A stretch of DNA of 64,000 bases from an uncultured virus (IMG/VR IMGVR_UViG_3300013297_000003) (taxonomy: Duplodnaviria; Heunggongvirae; Uroviricota; Caudoviricetes). A model generated the notes under the pieces. The model was not told the DNA's origin. It did no database searches and was given only the letters and a program-made list of their open reading frames with translations. Both the position numbers and the translations under genes were made by a program. Numbering within the stretch: the first letter of the stretch is position 1; every line of letters starts with the position of its first letter. Positions 36,858 through 46,728 of this stretch are shown here, one piece after another. The DNA is taken from the IMG/VR virus record IMGVR_UViG_3300013297_000003; one strand, 5' to 3'.

Positions 36858-37348
36858 GTTCACTATCAGGGACGGCGTTTTCCGGCGTCGGCATGCCCAT
36901 CCTGGGAGTGGATGCCAATGGCAACTTAGCGCCTATCAGCACAAGCGCCAGCGGTGGCGGCGATCAGGTATCCACCAACGAAACAGGAACTAGCGCTGGC
37001 GGCGCTGACGTGTCCCTGACCTACACAGCCATTGCTGGCGCAGCCCATGGTCTTTGGGATGTTGACTGGAGCTACAGCGCAGCGCCAACGGGTGGAGAGT
37101 TGCTTATCATTGATGGCACGGATACCGTTTTCGACATTGCCATTACTGCCGCTGGTCCTGGGCGATGTGCTTGGTCCAAGGGTAAATTAGGCCGTTCCGG
37201 CAGGCTCATGACGGTAACGCTCAAGGGAGGCGGTGGTGCCATTGTTGGCAAGATCAACGCTTCCCATTACGTCACGGCGGTTTCGCCGGGCGGCTCCATT
37301 GACTTCAGCGACGAAATGAACTCAGGATACGCTCTTTTGTTCTTCTAA
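36854..37348 (+). CDS. virion structural protein
   Basis: Gly-rich beta protein, ATGA-coupled. Confidence 0.55.
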   Translation: MSSLSGTAFSGVGMPILGVDANGNLAPISTSASGGGDQVSTNETGTSAGGADVSLTYTAIAGAAHGLWDVDWSYSAAPTGGELLIIDGTDTVFDIAITAAGPGRCAWSKGKLGRSGRLMTVTLKGGGGAIVGKINASHYVTAVSPGGSIDFSDEMNSGYALLFF

Positions 37349-37377
37349 CGGCAGTTACCTAGCCAGGTAGGTGTACT

Positions 37378-38751
37378 ATTGCGGATAACGTAAGCCTCGT
37401 CAGTAGCGGCGGAACTGTCGTCGTCATGAAGGCGAAGGATAATTCCTCCGTCTGGACGCCGTACCACGCCATCTGCCGCGAAGACGGCACCAACCCTCTC
37501 AAGATCGTCATTGAGGACGTTGCTCACGCTTCGGGCGACACGGGCATCTTGGCCATGGTGGTCAGGGCCGATGCCGCCGCTTGCACCGCAACCTCCGATG
37601 GCGACAACTGCGCCTTGGTCGTGGACGCCAACGGCAGGCTGTGGGCCAACGCCACGATTAGCGCCCTGGTCCCCGGAACAGCGGCCACCAGCCTAGGCAA
37701 GGCCCAAGATGGTGCGGTGGGGGCCACGGACACCGGCGTGGGCATGCTGGCCAAGCAACTGGCCATCCCCGCCAACGTGGCCGGCACGGACGGCGACTAC
37801 GAATTTCTGCAAATGTCCGCTGGCCGATTGTGGTGCAGCACGGTCCTAACGGCTGGCGCTGCCGTCATTGGCCACGTCATCGTCGATTCCGGCGTTATCA
37901 CCACGGTTTCCACCGTTACCACCTGCTCGACCGTCACCAGCGTCACTGGCATGACGGGTGGCAATACCGCTCACGACGCTGCTGCTGCTTCGATCAAGCC
38001 CCACCTGATTGGTGCCTTCGCTTCCGCCGCCGTGCCCACGGACGTGAGTGCGGATGGGGACGCCACGCAGCTCTGGTGCCTTCGCTCTGGCGCTTTGGTC
38101 ATTCAGCCCAGTTTTGGCGGCATTCCTGGCGTAGCCGGCAACGGCGCTTCGGGCACGGGTGTTCAGCGTGTCACCATTGCCAACGACTCCACGGGCATCA
38201 TCGCCCTGACGACCAGTTCGGCGGTGATCGGCTCCTTGACTTCCAGTGGCGGCACCTCTGGCGGTGCGGGCACCGTGGCCACCAAGAGCGAACTCGTTGG
38301 CGCGTCCTTCACGGCCTGGGGTTCCTTACCGGCAGCTACCACCCTTCAACAGGTTGGACTTCAGGCTGACCCTGCGGGCACGCTCAAAGTCGCCTCCTGC
38401 CCATTAGGGACGCCGGTTTACGCCACCGCCTCTTCTGGCGGTGCGGCGGCTGCCAACGCCACCCTGACCATCCCAGCGGCCAAGATGGGCTTCCTGGACG
38501 GTTTTGATCTGGACGGCTCTGGGGCTACCGCTGGCTCAGCTATCTCCGTGACTATCGTTGGCCTCTTGGGCGGCACTCTGACTTACACGGTTGGCATCCC
38601 CGCTGGAGCTACGGTTCCGGTTCGATTACCATTCAGGTTCAACCCGCCTCTCCAGGCCAGCGCCGTTGCCACCAATATCGTGATAAACAACCCCTCATGG
38701 GGTAGTGGCAATTTGGCCAGTACGACCAATGTTTACGGCCATTACGTGTGA
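37378..38751 (+). CDS. head-fibre-like structural protein; possible ATT start (first ATG at 37426)
   Basis: ED.AH.SGD.G and D.DY repeats; GTGVQRVTIAND. Confidence 0.65.
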   Translation: MADNVSLVSSGGTVVVMKAKDNSSVWTPYHAICREDGTNPLKIVIEDVAHASGDTGILAMVVRADAAACTATSDGDNCALVVDANGRLWANATISALVPGTAATSLGKAQDGAVGATDTGVGMLAKQLAIPANVAGTDGDYEFLQMSAGRLWCSTVLTAGAAVIGHVIVDSGVITTVSTVTTCSTVTSVTGMTGGNTAHDAAAASIKPHLIGAFASAAVPTDVSADGDATQLWCLRSGALVIQPSFGGIPGVAGNGASGTGVQRVTIANDSTGIIALTTSSAVIGSLTSSGGTSGGAGTVATKSELVGASFTAWGSLPAATTLQQVGLQADPAGTLKVASCPLGTPVYATASSGGAAAANATLTIPAAKMGFLDGFDLDGSGATAGSAISVTIVGLLGGTLTYTVGIPAGATVPVRLPFRFNPPLQASAVATNIVINNPSWGSGNLASTTNVYGHYV

Positions 38752-38772
38752 CCTTTCTCTCGGTGGACCATC

Positions 38773-39030
38773 ATGAAAGAGATTCTCGACGCTTACGCCG
38801 ACCTCAAAGCCAAAAGCGATCTCCAGGGCAAAGACCTAACGGAGATCGCCCAGGACTTCAGAAACCTTCACGCCGCCCTTCAGGGGAAAGTGGAGATGGT
38901 CGGCGGTTCTCGCATTGTCGATCTGGCCATTGCTTACATCAGGAAGCTCGAAGAAGGCCGTAAGAAGGAAGAGGACGTGAAAGAGAACGCTGCCCTGGAG
39001 CGTGTATCCGCCAATGGTCCGCCGAGGTAA
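38773..39030 (+). CDS. small helical protein
   Basis: 85-aa ORF in operon. Confidence 0.5.
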   Translation: MKEILDAYADLKAKSDLQGKDLTEIAQDFRNLHAALQGKVEMVGGSRIVDLAIAYIRKLEEGRKKEEDVKENAALERVSANGPPR

Positions 39031-39032
39031 TT

Positions 39033-39590
39033 GTGGCTACGCAGACCGTCAATTCTGGGGCAGCCTCCTATGCCACGGTTGCTGATTTTTTAAGGCGCTA
39101 CGACGCCAGAAGCATCGGCGACTTGGTTGCCGATGACGGCTTACGGGTGGCCGCAGACAGTTTACCCGGCAACGACATTATCGAAGCCCTTCTCAGCCAG
39201 GCCAGCGGCAGGCTCGAAGCCGCCTGCATCATGGGGGAAAGATACTCGCCAGCCGATCTAGCGGCCCTGGTGGCTGCTGGCAAAAACGGCAGCGAGTTTT
39301 TGATCGGCCTGGTTTGCTCCCTGACCATCGAAACGGTCTACCGTAGACGGCCCACTCCTGAGATGCAGGAGTTCCCGGAGACAGCGGAAGCGGACCGCAT
39401 GCTCAACGCTTTGGCTTCGGGCAAGATGGTCTTAGGATTCACCGAAGCCATGACGGCTGGCCACCTCGACTCGGAGATGGAAACCGCTGCCATCGTCGAA
39501 GCCAGGAAGATGCCCACCACCAGGGCCGAGAACCTCTTTGGCAGAAGGAACAACCGCATGGATGCTCCCATTGGCGGGCCTACGGAATGA
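39033..39590 (+). CDS. head-tail adaptor (Mu gp36/DUF1320-like)
   Basis: SYATVADFLRRYD..L..AS..LEAA..G.RY...L. Confidence 0.75.
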   Translation: MATQTVNSGAASYATVADFLRRYDARSIGDLVADDGLRVAADSLPGNDIIEALLSQASGRLEAACIMGERYSPADLAALVAAGKNGSEFLIGLVCSLTIETVYRRRPTPEMQEFPETAEADRMLNALASGKMVLGFTEAMTAGHLDSEMETAAIVEARKMPTTRAENLFGRRNNRMDAPIGGPTE

Positions 39591-39685
39591 GATGAGTCTA
39601 CGAACTGAGTGAGTTGCATCAGGAGGGGTGCCAGCTTTATGTTGGCCAACACCGTATTGTCGGTCCGCTTAACTAAGGTGTCATA

Positions 39686-40318
39686 ATGGCCAAACTCTGG
39701 TCTACAGGTGCAGTTCATATGTGGGTTGGCACCTTGGCGGGTGGCTCGCCAACCTACTTAGGAACCGGCGAAACTGCGCCTGACATTGACGTGGACTACC
39801 AGTACGATCCCGTCATGAATGACTTGGCGGGCAACCGCTTGCCCATGGACCGGCTCTATGTAGGTTCTGAAGCGGACATCTCGGTGCTGCTCACGCGCTG
39901 GAACGAAGGTCCGTTGTCTTCTCTCATGTCGGTGCCGGATCGGTTTACCAATGCCGATGGCTTTAACGATCAATACGACATCGGCACCTTGATGGGCAGC
40001 GAAGGTTTTACCTTCCCGGTGTGGCTGGGCTTCACCAAGGCGGGCGGCGTCCCTGGCGTCCCTGCGATTCCCGCCATGGCCGGCATGCCTCCTGGCTATC
40101 GATTCTGGGCCTGCATCAACATGGGCACTCGTAGGATCGTTGGCACCAAGGCCAACAAGGTTCAGGTCGTGCTGCATGCGTGCCGGTCCTGGGGTGTGGC
40201 GTCCCGCACCAGTCCAAGTCTCTTGTCGGTGGCTGGGTCTTTCAATCCTATCGCTTCGGCGGAAACCAGCTTTATCTTGTACGATCAAGTCTTGGCGGGG
40301 CTGCCAATACCAAACTAA
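39686..40318 (+). CDS. major tail tube protein (probable)
   Basis: YLG......I.....YDPV..D..G...D..Y.G..A.I...L; directly before the frameshifted chaperone. Confidence 0.6.
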   Translation: MAKLWSTGAVHMWVGTLAGGSPTYLGTGETAPDIDVDYQYDPVMNDLAGNRLPMDRLYVGSEADISVLLTRWNEGPLSSLMSVPDRFTNADGFNDQYDIGTLMGSEGFTFPVWLGFTKAGGVPGVPAIPAMAGMPPGYRFWACINMGTRRIVGTKANKVQVVLHACRSWGVASRTSPSLLSVAGSFNPIASAETSFILYDQVLAGLPIPN

Positions 40319-40330
40319 TCCTTTCTCTCG

Positions 40331-40795
40331 GTGGACTCGATGTTTCCTGAAAAAGAGCGGCAAATCTTCGCCTATTCCCCAGACGGCACCAAAAAGGTCA
40401 TTCTTGCCGACCCGGCTGCCCTGGATCGGCGCATGAACCATTATCTCAAAGCCGAGACGGTGGAAGTCCTGCGCAACTGGAACATGGCCAGCGACGAGAA
40501 GAATCCGCAGCCATCCTTGATGCCCAATCCCGATGCTATCTTTGAGGCCCAGAACGATTTGGTTGAGGCGGTGCGCCAGGCTTTCAAGATGACGCCGTGG
40601 GACGACGATACCGGCACCGGCGCTGGCGAAGAGGACTGCATGAAGGTGTGGACGGACTTCGTGGAGTTTATGGAGCAAAAAAAAAGTTCGGACGAGAGCT
40701 TGCCGACGCCATCCAACTCTGGGGCTGGCCTTACGTCGCCTCCATCCTTGGAATATCCAGGCCAGATTACGACACCCACTTTGCCATCAGTCTGA
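40331..40795 (+). CDS. tail assembly chaperone (G)
   Basis: Follows tail tube; contains an A9 slippery run at ..EQKK. Confidence 0.65.
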   Translation: MDSMFPEKERQIFAYSPDGTKKVILADPAALDRRMNHYLKAETVEVLRNWNMASDEKNPQPSLMPNPDAIFEAQNDLVEAVRQAFKMTPWDDDTGTGAGEEDCMKVWTDFVEFMEQKKSSDESLPTPSNSGAGLTSPPSLEYPGQITTPTLPSV

Positions 40796-40986
40796 ACGTA
40801 GATCGGGTACTGTGGCAGCGGGCGCTGCCCATCATCAGGGCCAATCAGGTGGCCACCGGAACAGGCGACTTGCCGTTCGGCTACTTTGACTCTCAGTGCC
40901 ATACCGAGGAAGAGGCAGGAGAGTTGGAAGTCGAGATCAACGCCAAGCGTCAATATGAAGAGATGAGGCGTTCTCGCGGGATGTAG
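40331..40986 (+). CDS. tail assembly chaperone G-T via -1 frameshift at A9 (40677-40685)
   Basis: The -1 frame is open from the A-run to TAG 40986, 2 nt before the next ATG. Confidence 0.7.
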
Positions 40987-40988
40987 TT

Positions 40989-42431
40989 ATGGCTGAACAG
41001 AATCAACCTGACGATTTCAACCGACTATGCCCTCTAGCCGGATGCGACAAGAAAATCGCTGTTCGCAGCGATGGCAAGCCAGCCTTTGGCATGAGCCACG
41101 ACGGGGTTATGGTTTGGTTCTGTAGCCAAGAGCACGCCCTAGAAGCGGCTAAAATTGCGGAAGATAATGAGAAACGCGATAGCGACCGCAACAAAAAGAA
41201 GATCGACCTTAAACCGCAAGACGAAGAGCCGCCGCCACATTCTCCTCAGAGAGGCGGACGCCCTGACGCTCCGTTTCAGTGGACTTCGCGCGAGTTTGAT
41301 GCGATCAACAAGTTTCGGCAGGCTCCGCCAAAGCCGCCGCCTGCGCCGCCCGTTCAAAGCAAACAGCCAACTTCACCTGAGAAGCCACCTGCCGCTCCAC
41401 CAGACTTTTCGTTGCCGCCATCTGGCGCACCACCCAAATCTCAGCCAGTTCCGCCCCCTGCGCCTCCTTCTCCACCGAAAGGAGCCAGGGGCGGGGCTGG
41501 CCAATCGAAAGGTGGCGTGCAGCGCGTCCAGATCGTCGCACCTATTCCATTGCCCGTTACTATTACAGGCGGCCTGCCAGGCGGCACCACACCACCGCCC
41601 AGCCCACCTGGAGATGGCGGTCCAGATAAAGAGCCGAAAACTCCGCGTGAGCCGAAAGGTCCAGCGCCGTCTCGTATGCCGTCTCTTGGAGGCATGTTTA
41701 GAGGTAGAGGAGGTTATGGTGGCGGCGGCATGGTTGGCAACGCCTTTAGCAGGGCCATCATAAATTTGATCAATCAGTGGCGTAGTATCCAGCAGCAAAA
41801 CCAGACCAGGCGAACACCCAAGCAGAAACCGAGAGCTGCTTCATTCGCCCCAAACCCACCACCCACGCCACCGCGTATTCCCTCAGTGCTGCCCGACACA
41901 CGGCCCAGGCCACCTGTGCTTCAGAAAGAAGGCTTTCTCAGTCCTAGCCACAGCATGAAAGATCGCGCTGGGCTTATACTCGCAGAGCCAAGAACTGCAA
42001 GGCGCACTCGCCCACGTGTCAAGTTGCCTAAAGGATTCAATCCCAAACCACGACAGCACTCGGCTTTTGAGCTGCCTGCGCCAGTTCCAAAGGCTAAGCC
42101 AGAGGCTACTATGAGCCTCTTTGATCTGCCATCGGACAAGTTCAAGCCGCCAGTAACATCCAAGACCGTCTCCGAAGTGCCGCAAAGCCCGTCGTGGCGA
42201 GCGTTCGAGGAATTAGCCGAGAAGATAGAGAAGCTAACCAATGTGATGGAAGAATCCAACCGGGCGCAAGAGAAGACTAATCGTGGCCAAGGCCAGCAAA
42301 TTCAGCCTAGCGTAATACGCCCACAGCCCAGCTTCGTCGGCTCGGCGCAGAACCCATCAAGCACCCCACGCCGCCAGCGTGGAGCCATCGACATCAATCA
42401 GTGGCGCAGTATCTTGGGAGGTGGCGTCTAG
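40989..42431 (+). CDS. proline-rich protein with N-terminal YHS/TRASH-like metal motif, in tape-measure position
   Basis: CP..C...WFCS.EH; long PP tracts. Confidence 0.6.
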   Translation: MAEQNQPDDFNRLCPLAGCDKKIAVRSDGKPAFGMSHDGVMVWFCSQEHALEAAKIAEDNEKRDSDRNKKKIDLKPQDEEPPPHSPQRGGRPDAPFQWTSREFDAINKFRQAPPKPPPAPPVQSKQPTSPEKPPAAPPDFSLPPSGAPPKSQPVPPPAPPSPPKGARGGAGQSKGGVQRVQIVAPIPLPVTITGGLPGGTTPPPSPPGDGGPDKEPKTPREPKGPAPSRMPSLGGMFRGRGGYGGGGMVGNAFSRAIINLINQWRSIQQQNQTRRTPKQKPRAASFAPNPPPTPPRIPSVLPDTRPRPPVLQKEGFLSPSHSMKDRAGLILAEPRTARRTRPRVKLPKGFNPKPRQHSAFELPAPVPKAKPEATMSLFDLPSDKFKPPVTSKTVSEVPQSPSWRAFEELAEKIEKLTNVMEESNRAQEKTNRGQGQQIQPSVIRPQPSFVGSAQNPSSTPRRQRGAIDINQWRSILGGGV

Positions 42432-43888
42432 TGCTCTCCATCACCTACCAGCCCCAAGGCGTCGATCAGGCCAACCACGCCAACGACATCACTCTGTCTA
42501 TGGTCCACATCAACCAGGTGGAGCGTGAGGCGATCTATTCCAGGGACAGGACCACCTACCAGTACACGCGATTTACCTTCGATGTGATCTGCCGGTACAA
42601 CCCCAGAGCTACCACCTACACCGGAGCCAACGCCCAAGAGGCTGGACCGTTGCCAATCTTTTTCAGCGACCGAACGGCTGGGCGCACCGACTTGGCTTTG
42701 CGCCATCAACTCATGCAGCCCAGGGGCCGGCTAATCATTGACTTGGGCGGCGAGTCGAACTTCTTTAAGTCGCCACTGGACGGCTACACCAGGGACGCCC
42801 ATGTTGGTCCTGTCCCAGAGCGGTGCGACATTATCTCGGTCCACGGCGACAAAACCGTGACCATGCACTACCGAATCACCACCTGGGTCAATGAGTGCTT
42901 AAATCGTCGCTCGGTCAGCCCGCTGCTCTCGCACAGGTGGAAACGGTCGGCTGTTACCGATGAAGACCACTACACCGCTCTTATGACCGAAGGCGAAGCG
43001 ATTTTCAGGATTGACGAATTGGCCCGCAACAACTGGTCGCCGGACAGCTTCCGGCAGGACTTGTTTCATCCGGTTCCCAATAACTGCCAGCGCTACGGTA
43101 TTACCGTGAACGCCATCGAGGACGGTTCAGGAGTTACCTACAGCTTCGTCGATCAAGAATTGCCGGTCAACCAGCCAGGCTGGCTAACGGTGCCTGGGCT
43201 GACGCGCGTTGAAGCCTACGAAACCGTTACCTTTCAAACTGGCAACCATATTCTTGAAACTTCGCGCTTAGCTATGAGGACCGCTGGCATCACCGCCAAT
43301 ATGCTGGCCAACCTCAGCATTGATCCAGTTAGAAGCGCCGGCGTTGGCATTGGCGCTGGCATCCAGGGGATGATTGAAGGCATGAGGACCGCCCAGGCAG
43401 TCTTGCCGCGCTACAGCATTCACCGCTTTGTCCGCTGTCATGGCAATCGCAATTCCACACGTTTTGAAATGATGCGCGTGGCGGTTGGTTTTGTGTACGC
43501 AACATTGCCTGTGGAAATCTCCAACTGCTCGCAGAATATCGTGGTTACTCAAGAGCAGCACGGTAAGCTAGTTGAGTTGCAAGCGACCTTTGAGTGGGGC
43601 TGGGAGAATGTACTTTTGGGAGGGGCGTTGCCAGGCATTGGCCAAGCTAATGCCGTCAATCCCCTGGAAGTAGCTAGGGCGGTTTTCCCGGAAGAAGGCT
43701 CGCTCTTGCCATTTTTCACCAGGTTCGACGGGCCAAATATTCCCCCACCTGGAAGGACTGGCAACGACGGCAGCCGGGGGACGCTCCTACAGATGGTGGT
43801 GGCCCAGGCGCTAACAGGTAGCTGCGCTGTTCCAGCAGCGGCAACCTTGGCCGCATTGAACCAACAAAACATCACGGGGAGAACCTGA
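42431..43888 (+). CDS. tail (distal/tip) protein
   Basis: GTG overlapping the upstream TAG with GGAGGTGG RBS; beta-rich. Confidence 0.55.
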   Translation: MLSITYQPQGVDQANHANDITLSMVHINQVEREAIYSRDRTTYQYTRFTFDVICRYNPRATTYTGANAQEAGPLPIFFSDRTAGRTDLALRHQLMQPRGRLIIDLGGESNFFKSPLDGYTRDAHVGPVPERCDIISVHGDKTVTMHYRITTWVNECLNRRSVSPLLSHRWKRSAVTDEDHYTALMTEGEAIFRIDELARNNWSPDSFRQDLFHPVPNNCQRYGITVNAIEDGSGVTYSFVDQELPVNQPGWLTVPGLTRVEAYETVTFQTGNHILETSRLAMRTAGITANMLANLSIDPVRSAGVGIGAGIQGMIEGMRTAQAVLPRYSIHRFVRCHGNRNSTRFEMMRVAVGFVYATLPVEISNCSQNIVVTQEQHGKLVELQATFEWGWENVLLGGALPGIGQANAVNPLEVARAVFPEEGSLLPFFTRFDGPNIPPPGRTGNDGSRGTLLQMVVAQALTGSCAVPAAATLAALNQQNITGRT

Positions 43889-44391
43889 TGCCTGAAAACC
43901 TTCCCGGCGCACACACAACGGTTTATTCGTCGGAGACAACCTTCATCACCGTGGAAGGGCTTGTGCAGGTGCCGGTCAATGGCAAGACCAATCGGGCTGA
44001 ACCATCTCTGGTGGTTCGCGTCCACAGCCCCATGGACCAAATGGTGGTGACGTGGACAGCCGTGCGCAAGGGAGGCCCGCCCAAGATTCCCCACCCGCTG
44101 ACGTTCTCTCAAAATCTCAATGTCGTCCTCTTGGCCAAAGACATTGGCTCGGTTATGCCGGTGCCCATGGGCAACCAGCAGGGCCATTCGTGGTGCGTCA
44201 GCGGGACGTATACCTATGCCTTACGGAACCCGCGCGAACCAGACGCGCCTTTGCCAACTGGCAAGATGCCATTTGATAATGGTACTCCCGGTGCCAACAC
44301 CATTCCAGAAACCAACTACGACAAGGGTATTTTGGCAACCGACAACCTGGGGACAGCGCCGCCCATCACCGTCATCATTCCCAAAAGTTAG
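43888..44391 (+). CDS. tail-associated protein
   Basis: TGATG coupling. Confidence 0.5.
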   Translation: MPENLPGAHTTVYSSETTFITVEGLVQVPVNGKTNRAEPSLVVRVHSPMDQMVVTWTAVRKGGPPKIPHPLTFSQNLNVVLLAKDIGSVMPVPMGNQQGHSWCVSGTYTYALRNPREPDAPLPTGKMPFDNGTPGANTIPETNYDKGILATDNLGTAPPITVIIPKS

Positions 44392-44594
44392 TCGTCAAAG
44401 CCGTTGTCTTTGAGCATTTTCTCCCATTCGGCCTGGTTCTTGGCGTTTTCGGCCTTTCTTTTGCGGTCGAGTTCTTTGGTTGTGTCAAGATAGAATTTCA
44501 ACTGCTCCTCGGTTTGCTTATTGGTCTTTTGGACATCAATGCGTCCGCAACCAGCCAGAAGCAAAGCCAAGAGCACAGGGATGATCCACCGCAT
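44388..44594 (-). CDS. small lipoprotein (moron-like)
   Basis: MRWIIPVLLALLLAGC lipobox; GGAGGT RBS; antisense within the tail module. Confidence 0.75.
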   Translation of the reverse strand: MRWIIPVLLALLLAGCGRIDVQKTNKQTEEQLKFYLDTTKELDRKRKAENAKNQAEWEKMLKDNGFDD

Positions 44595-44671
44595 ACGTCA
44601 CCTCCAATTTGCTAAGGAAAGATAGCTCGTGTTACTCTTCGTCGGGACATTCCCCCAAAGAGGACAAAAAC

Positions 44672-46180
44672 ATGGCCGTAGCGCTCACCGGGACAAGCAG
44701 CCTCTTCTACAGGGTAGGTCGTCTCTGGGCTGGCTGCAAAGCGATAAATGGCATGCGGGCCGAGACTCTGGCCGTGGGCGACGGCACAGGTTCGGGCACC
44801 GCCGACGCTGGGGCCACCTGGGGAACCAACGGGGCCATCGTCAAGGACATCAAAACACTCGTTACCGACATTTTGGCTCAGTACGCTTCCACCCGCCAAG
44901 ATATTGTCGCCTCCATTTGGACCGACCGCGACAGCTTTCGCTCAGACCAGTCGTCCATGCTCTCGGCCCTCCAGCAGAAGGCCCAGACCACCGTTTTGGA
45001 GATGGTCAACGACGATGCGGTCCTGACCTCCAAAGACTTAACCACGGCCATGGGAGAGCTTATCCGCCAGATGGTTGGGGCCGGTACGTTCACCAACGCC
45101 GACAACGACGTTGATGCGAGCACCGTCACCGTCTCCGCCGCTGCGCAAACCCAACCAGCCAATACGGGAAACGCCACCTGCGTAGCGACGGTCAGGACCA
45201 ATAAGGGCTACACCTCGGAATACGCCTATGCCGAAGTCCTGGAGCTGACCGTCACCAATGATTCCGGCCTGGGAGGCACCGCTGGCAGCGAGCCGTGGAC
45301 CATTGTTGGCGAAGTTGCCGAAGGCGACAAGCTCAACTGGAACTGGCCCGATGGCTCTGGCGGCTCGACCTCTGGAACCATGGTCAGCGCCGCTGGCAAC
45401 AACAGCCTGGGCAATTGCCTCTATAACTCCGACTTCGACGATTTCACGGTGGCCAACGTCCCAGACTACTGGGGGGTCGTGGTTGGCGCTGCCGGAACTA
45501 ACGTCTTCTCGGAAGCCTCGGTCATTTATCGGACCGGAGGTAAAGCCCTCAAGATCACGGGCGACGGCGGCGGCACCCTGACTTCGATCATGCAGAAGTT
45601 CAACGTAACTAGTCCCACCACGGGCACCAGCGGCACCAGTTACGCCGTGAAGCCCAATACGCGCTACCTCGTCAACTGCTATGCCAAGGACAGCGGAGCC
45701 GGCCTCTTGGCTGGGGTGATCAAGATTGAGCTTCTGGACCAGGCTGGCAGCCCTGCGGTGGTGGCGGACGATCAGGGAACCAACAACTCCATCTCCATTG
45801 CCTTTAGCGCCACCACGGCTTCCTACGCGGCCTTCAGCGGCACGTTCGTCACTCCCAAAGTTTTGCCCACCACGGGCCTGCAATTGGCGGTGCGCGTCAC
45901 CACCGCGCTGACCACCGCCGAGAGTATGTACATCGACGACCTGGCCATGTACGAAGTCCCCGATTCCGTGTATGCCGCTGGCCCCTCCGTGACCCTATTC
46001 CGTGGCTCCACCGATGTGGCCAAGGGCGATAAGTGGAACGTCACGGTCAGCAATAATTATGCGGGAGAATTGCAGCAAGCCTTCTGGGCGCTTTTCGATC
46101 TCCCTTCCATGGGCCTTCAACTTCCATCTGATACTGGGGCCGCTGAAACAATAACGGATGCCCTGGCGGTTGGCTTCTAG
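44672..46180 (+). CDS. virion protein with carbohydrate-binding-like jelly-roll insert
   Basis: N.L.NSDF..VPD.W..KALKI..VKPNTRY..YIDDL pattern. Confidence 0.6.
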   Translation: MAVALTGTSSLFYRVGRLWAGCKAINGMRAETLAVGDGTGSGTADAGATWGTNGAIVKDIKTLVTDILAQYASTRQDIVASIWTDRDSFRSDQSSMLSALQQKAQTTVLEMVNDDAVLTSKDLTTAMGELIRQMVGAGTFTNADNDVDASTVTVSAAAQTQPANTGNATCVATVRTNKGYTSEYAYAEVLELTVTNDSGLGGTAGSEPWTIVGEVAEGDKLNWNWPDGSGGSTSGTMVSAAGNNSLGNCLYNSDFDDFTVANVPDYWGVVVGAAGTNVFSEASVIYRTGGKALKITGDGGGTLTSIMQKFNVTSPTTGTSGTSYAVKPNTRYLVNCYAKDSGAGLLAGVIKIELLDQAGSPAVVADDQGTNNSISIAFSATTASYAAFSGTFVTPKVLPTTGLQLAVRVTTALTTAESMYIDDLAMYEVPDSVYAAGPSVTLFRGSTDVAKGDKWNVTVSNNYAGELQQAFWALFDLPSMGLQLPSDTGAAETITDALAVGF

Positions 46181-46188
46181 GAGTTCTC

Positions 46189-46728
46189 ATGCTGCTAGAA
46201 GGGCAACCGAAACGAACCTCCTACGCCGAAATCATCTTGGCGGTCAAAGCACGTCTGGTCTTAAAGTCCGGCCTGCCCACTGACCGCATTAAGATCATTT
46301 CCGGTCGTGAAGCGACCCAGGTGCCGATCCTCCAAGCGGAGAAGATGTTATTTATACGCCCAGGTCGGTGGCGCACTCCCAGGAGCGAGCGTGACGGCGA
46401 AGGCCGGGTGGCTGCCAGGGTTTACAGGTATCTCCAAGTGTTAGTTGTGGACCGATCTTCATTGGACCCGGTGGACGAAGACACCATTCACTTGACCGAC
46501 TCAACCTACGGCATTATCCCCTTGGAAGAAGTGGTTCTGGATGTCCTCGATATGTGCGACCTCTTTGATAGCTCCCTAAACTTGCTCCTCTTTGAACCCA
46601 TGAGAATGATGAGTGGCACGGAAGAATTGCCTCTGAGGAAGCCCTTCTGGGCTGATGCCATCTTGCAGTTTGAAGTCGGGTTCCTCGAAAACCAAACCAA
46701 TGTCTTTGCGAATAACGGCACGTTCTAA
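46189..46728 (+). CDS. tail completion/terminator-like protein
   Basis: I..AV.ARL N-terminal helix then alpha/beta pattern; positional support. Confidence 0.45.
   Translation: MLLEGQPKRTSYAEIILAVKARLVLKSGLPTDRIKIISGREATQVPILQAEKMLFIRPGRWRTPRSERDGEGRVAARVYRYLQVLVVDRSSLDPVDEDTIHLTDSTYGIIPLEEVVLDVLDMCDLFDSSLNLLLFEPMRMMSGTEELPLRKPFWADAILQFEVGFLENQTNVFANNGTF

Noticed and set aside
44672..46180. Tail sheath (contractile tail)
   Set aside because: No sheath motifs, no baseplate wedge genes recognised, and not adjacent to the tube gene
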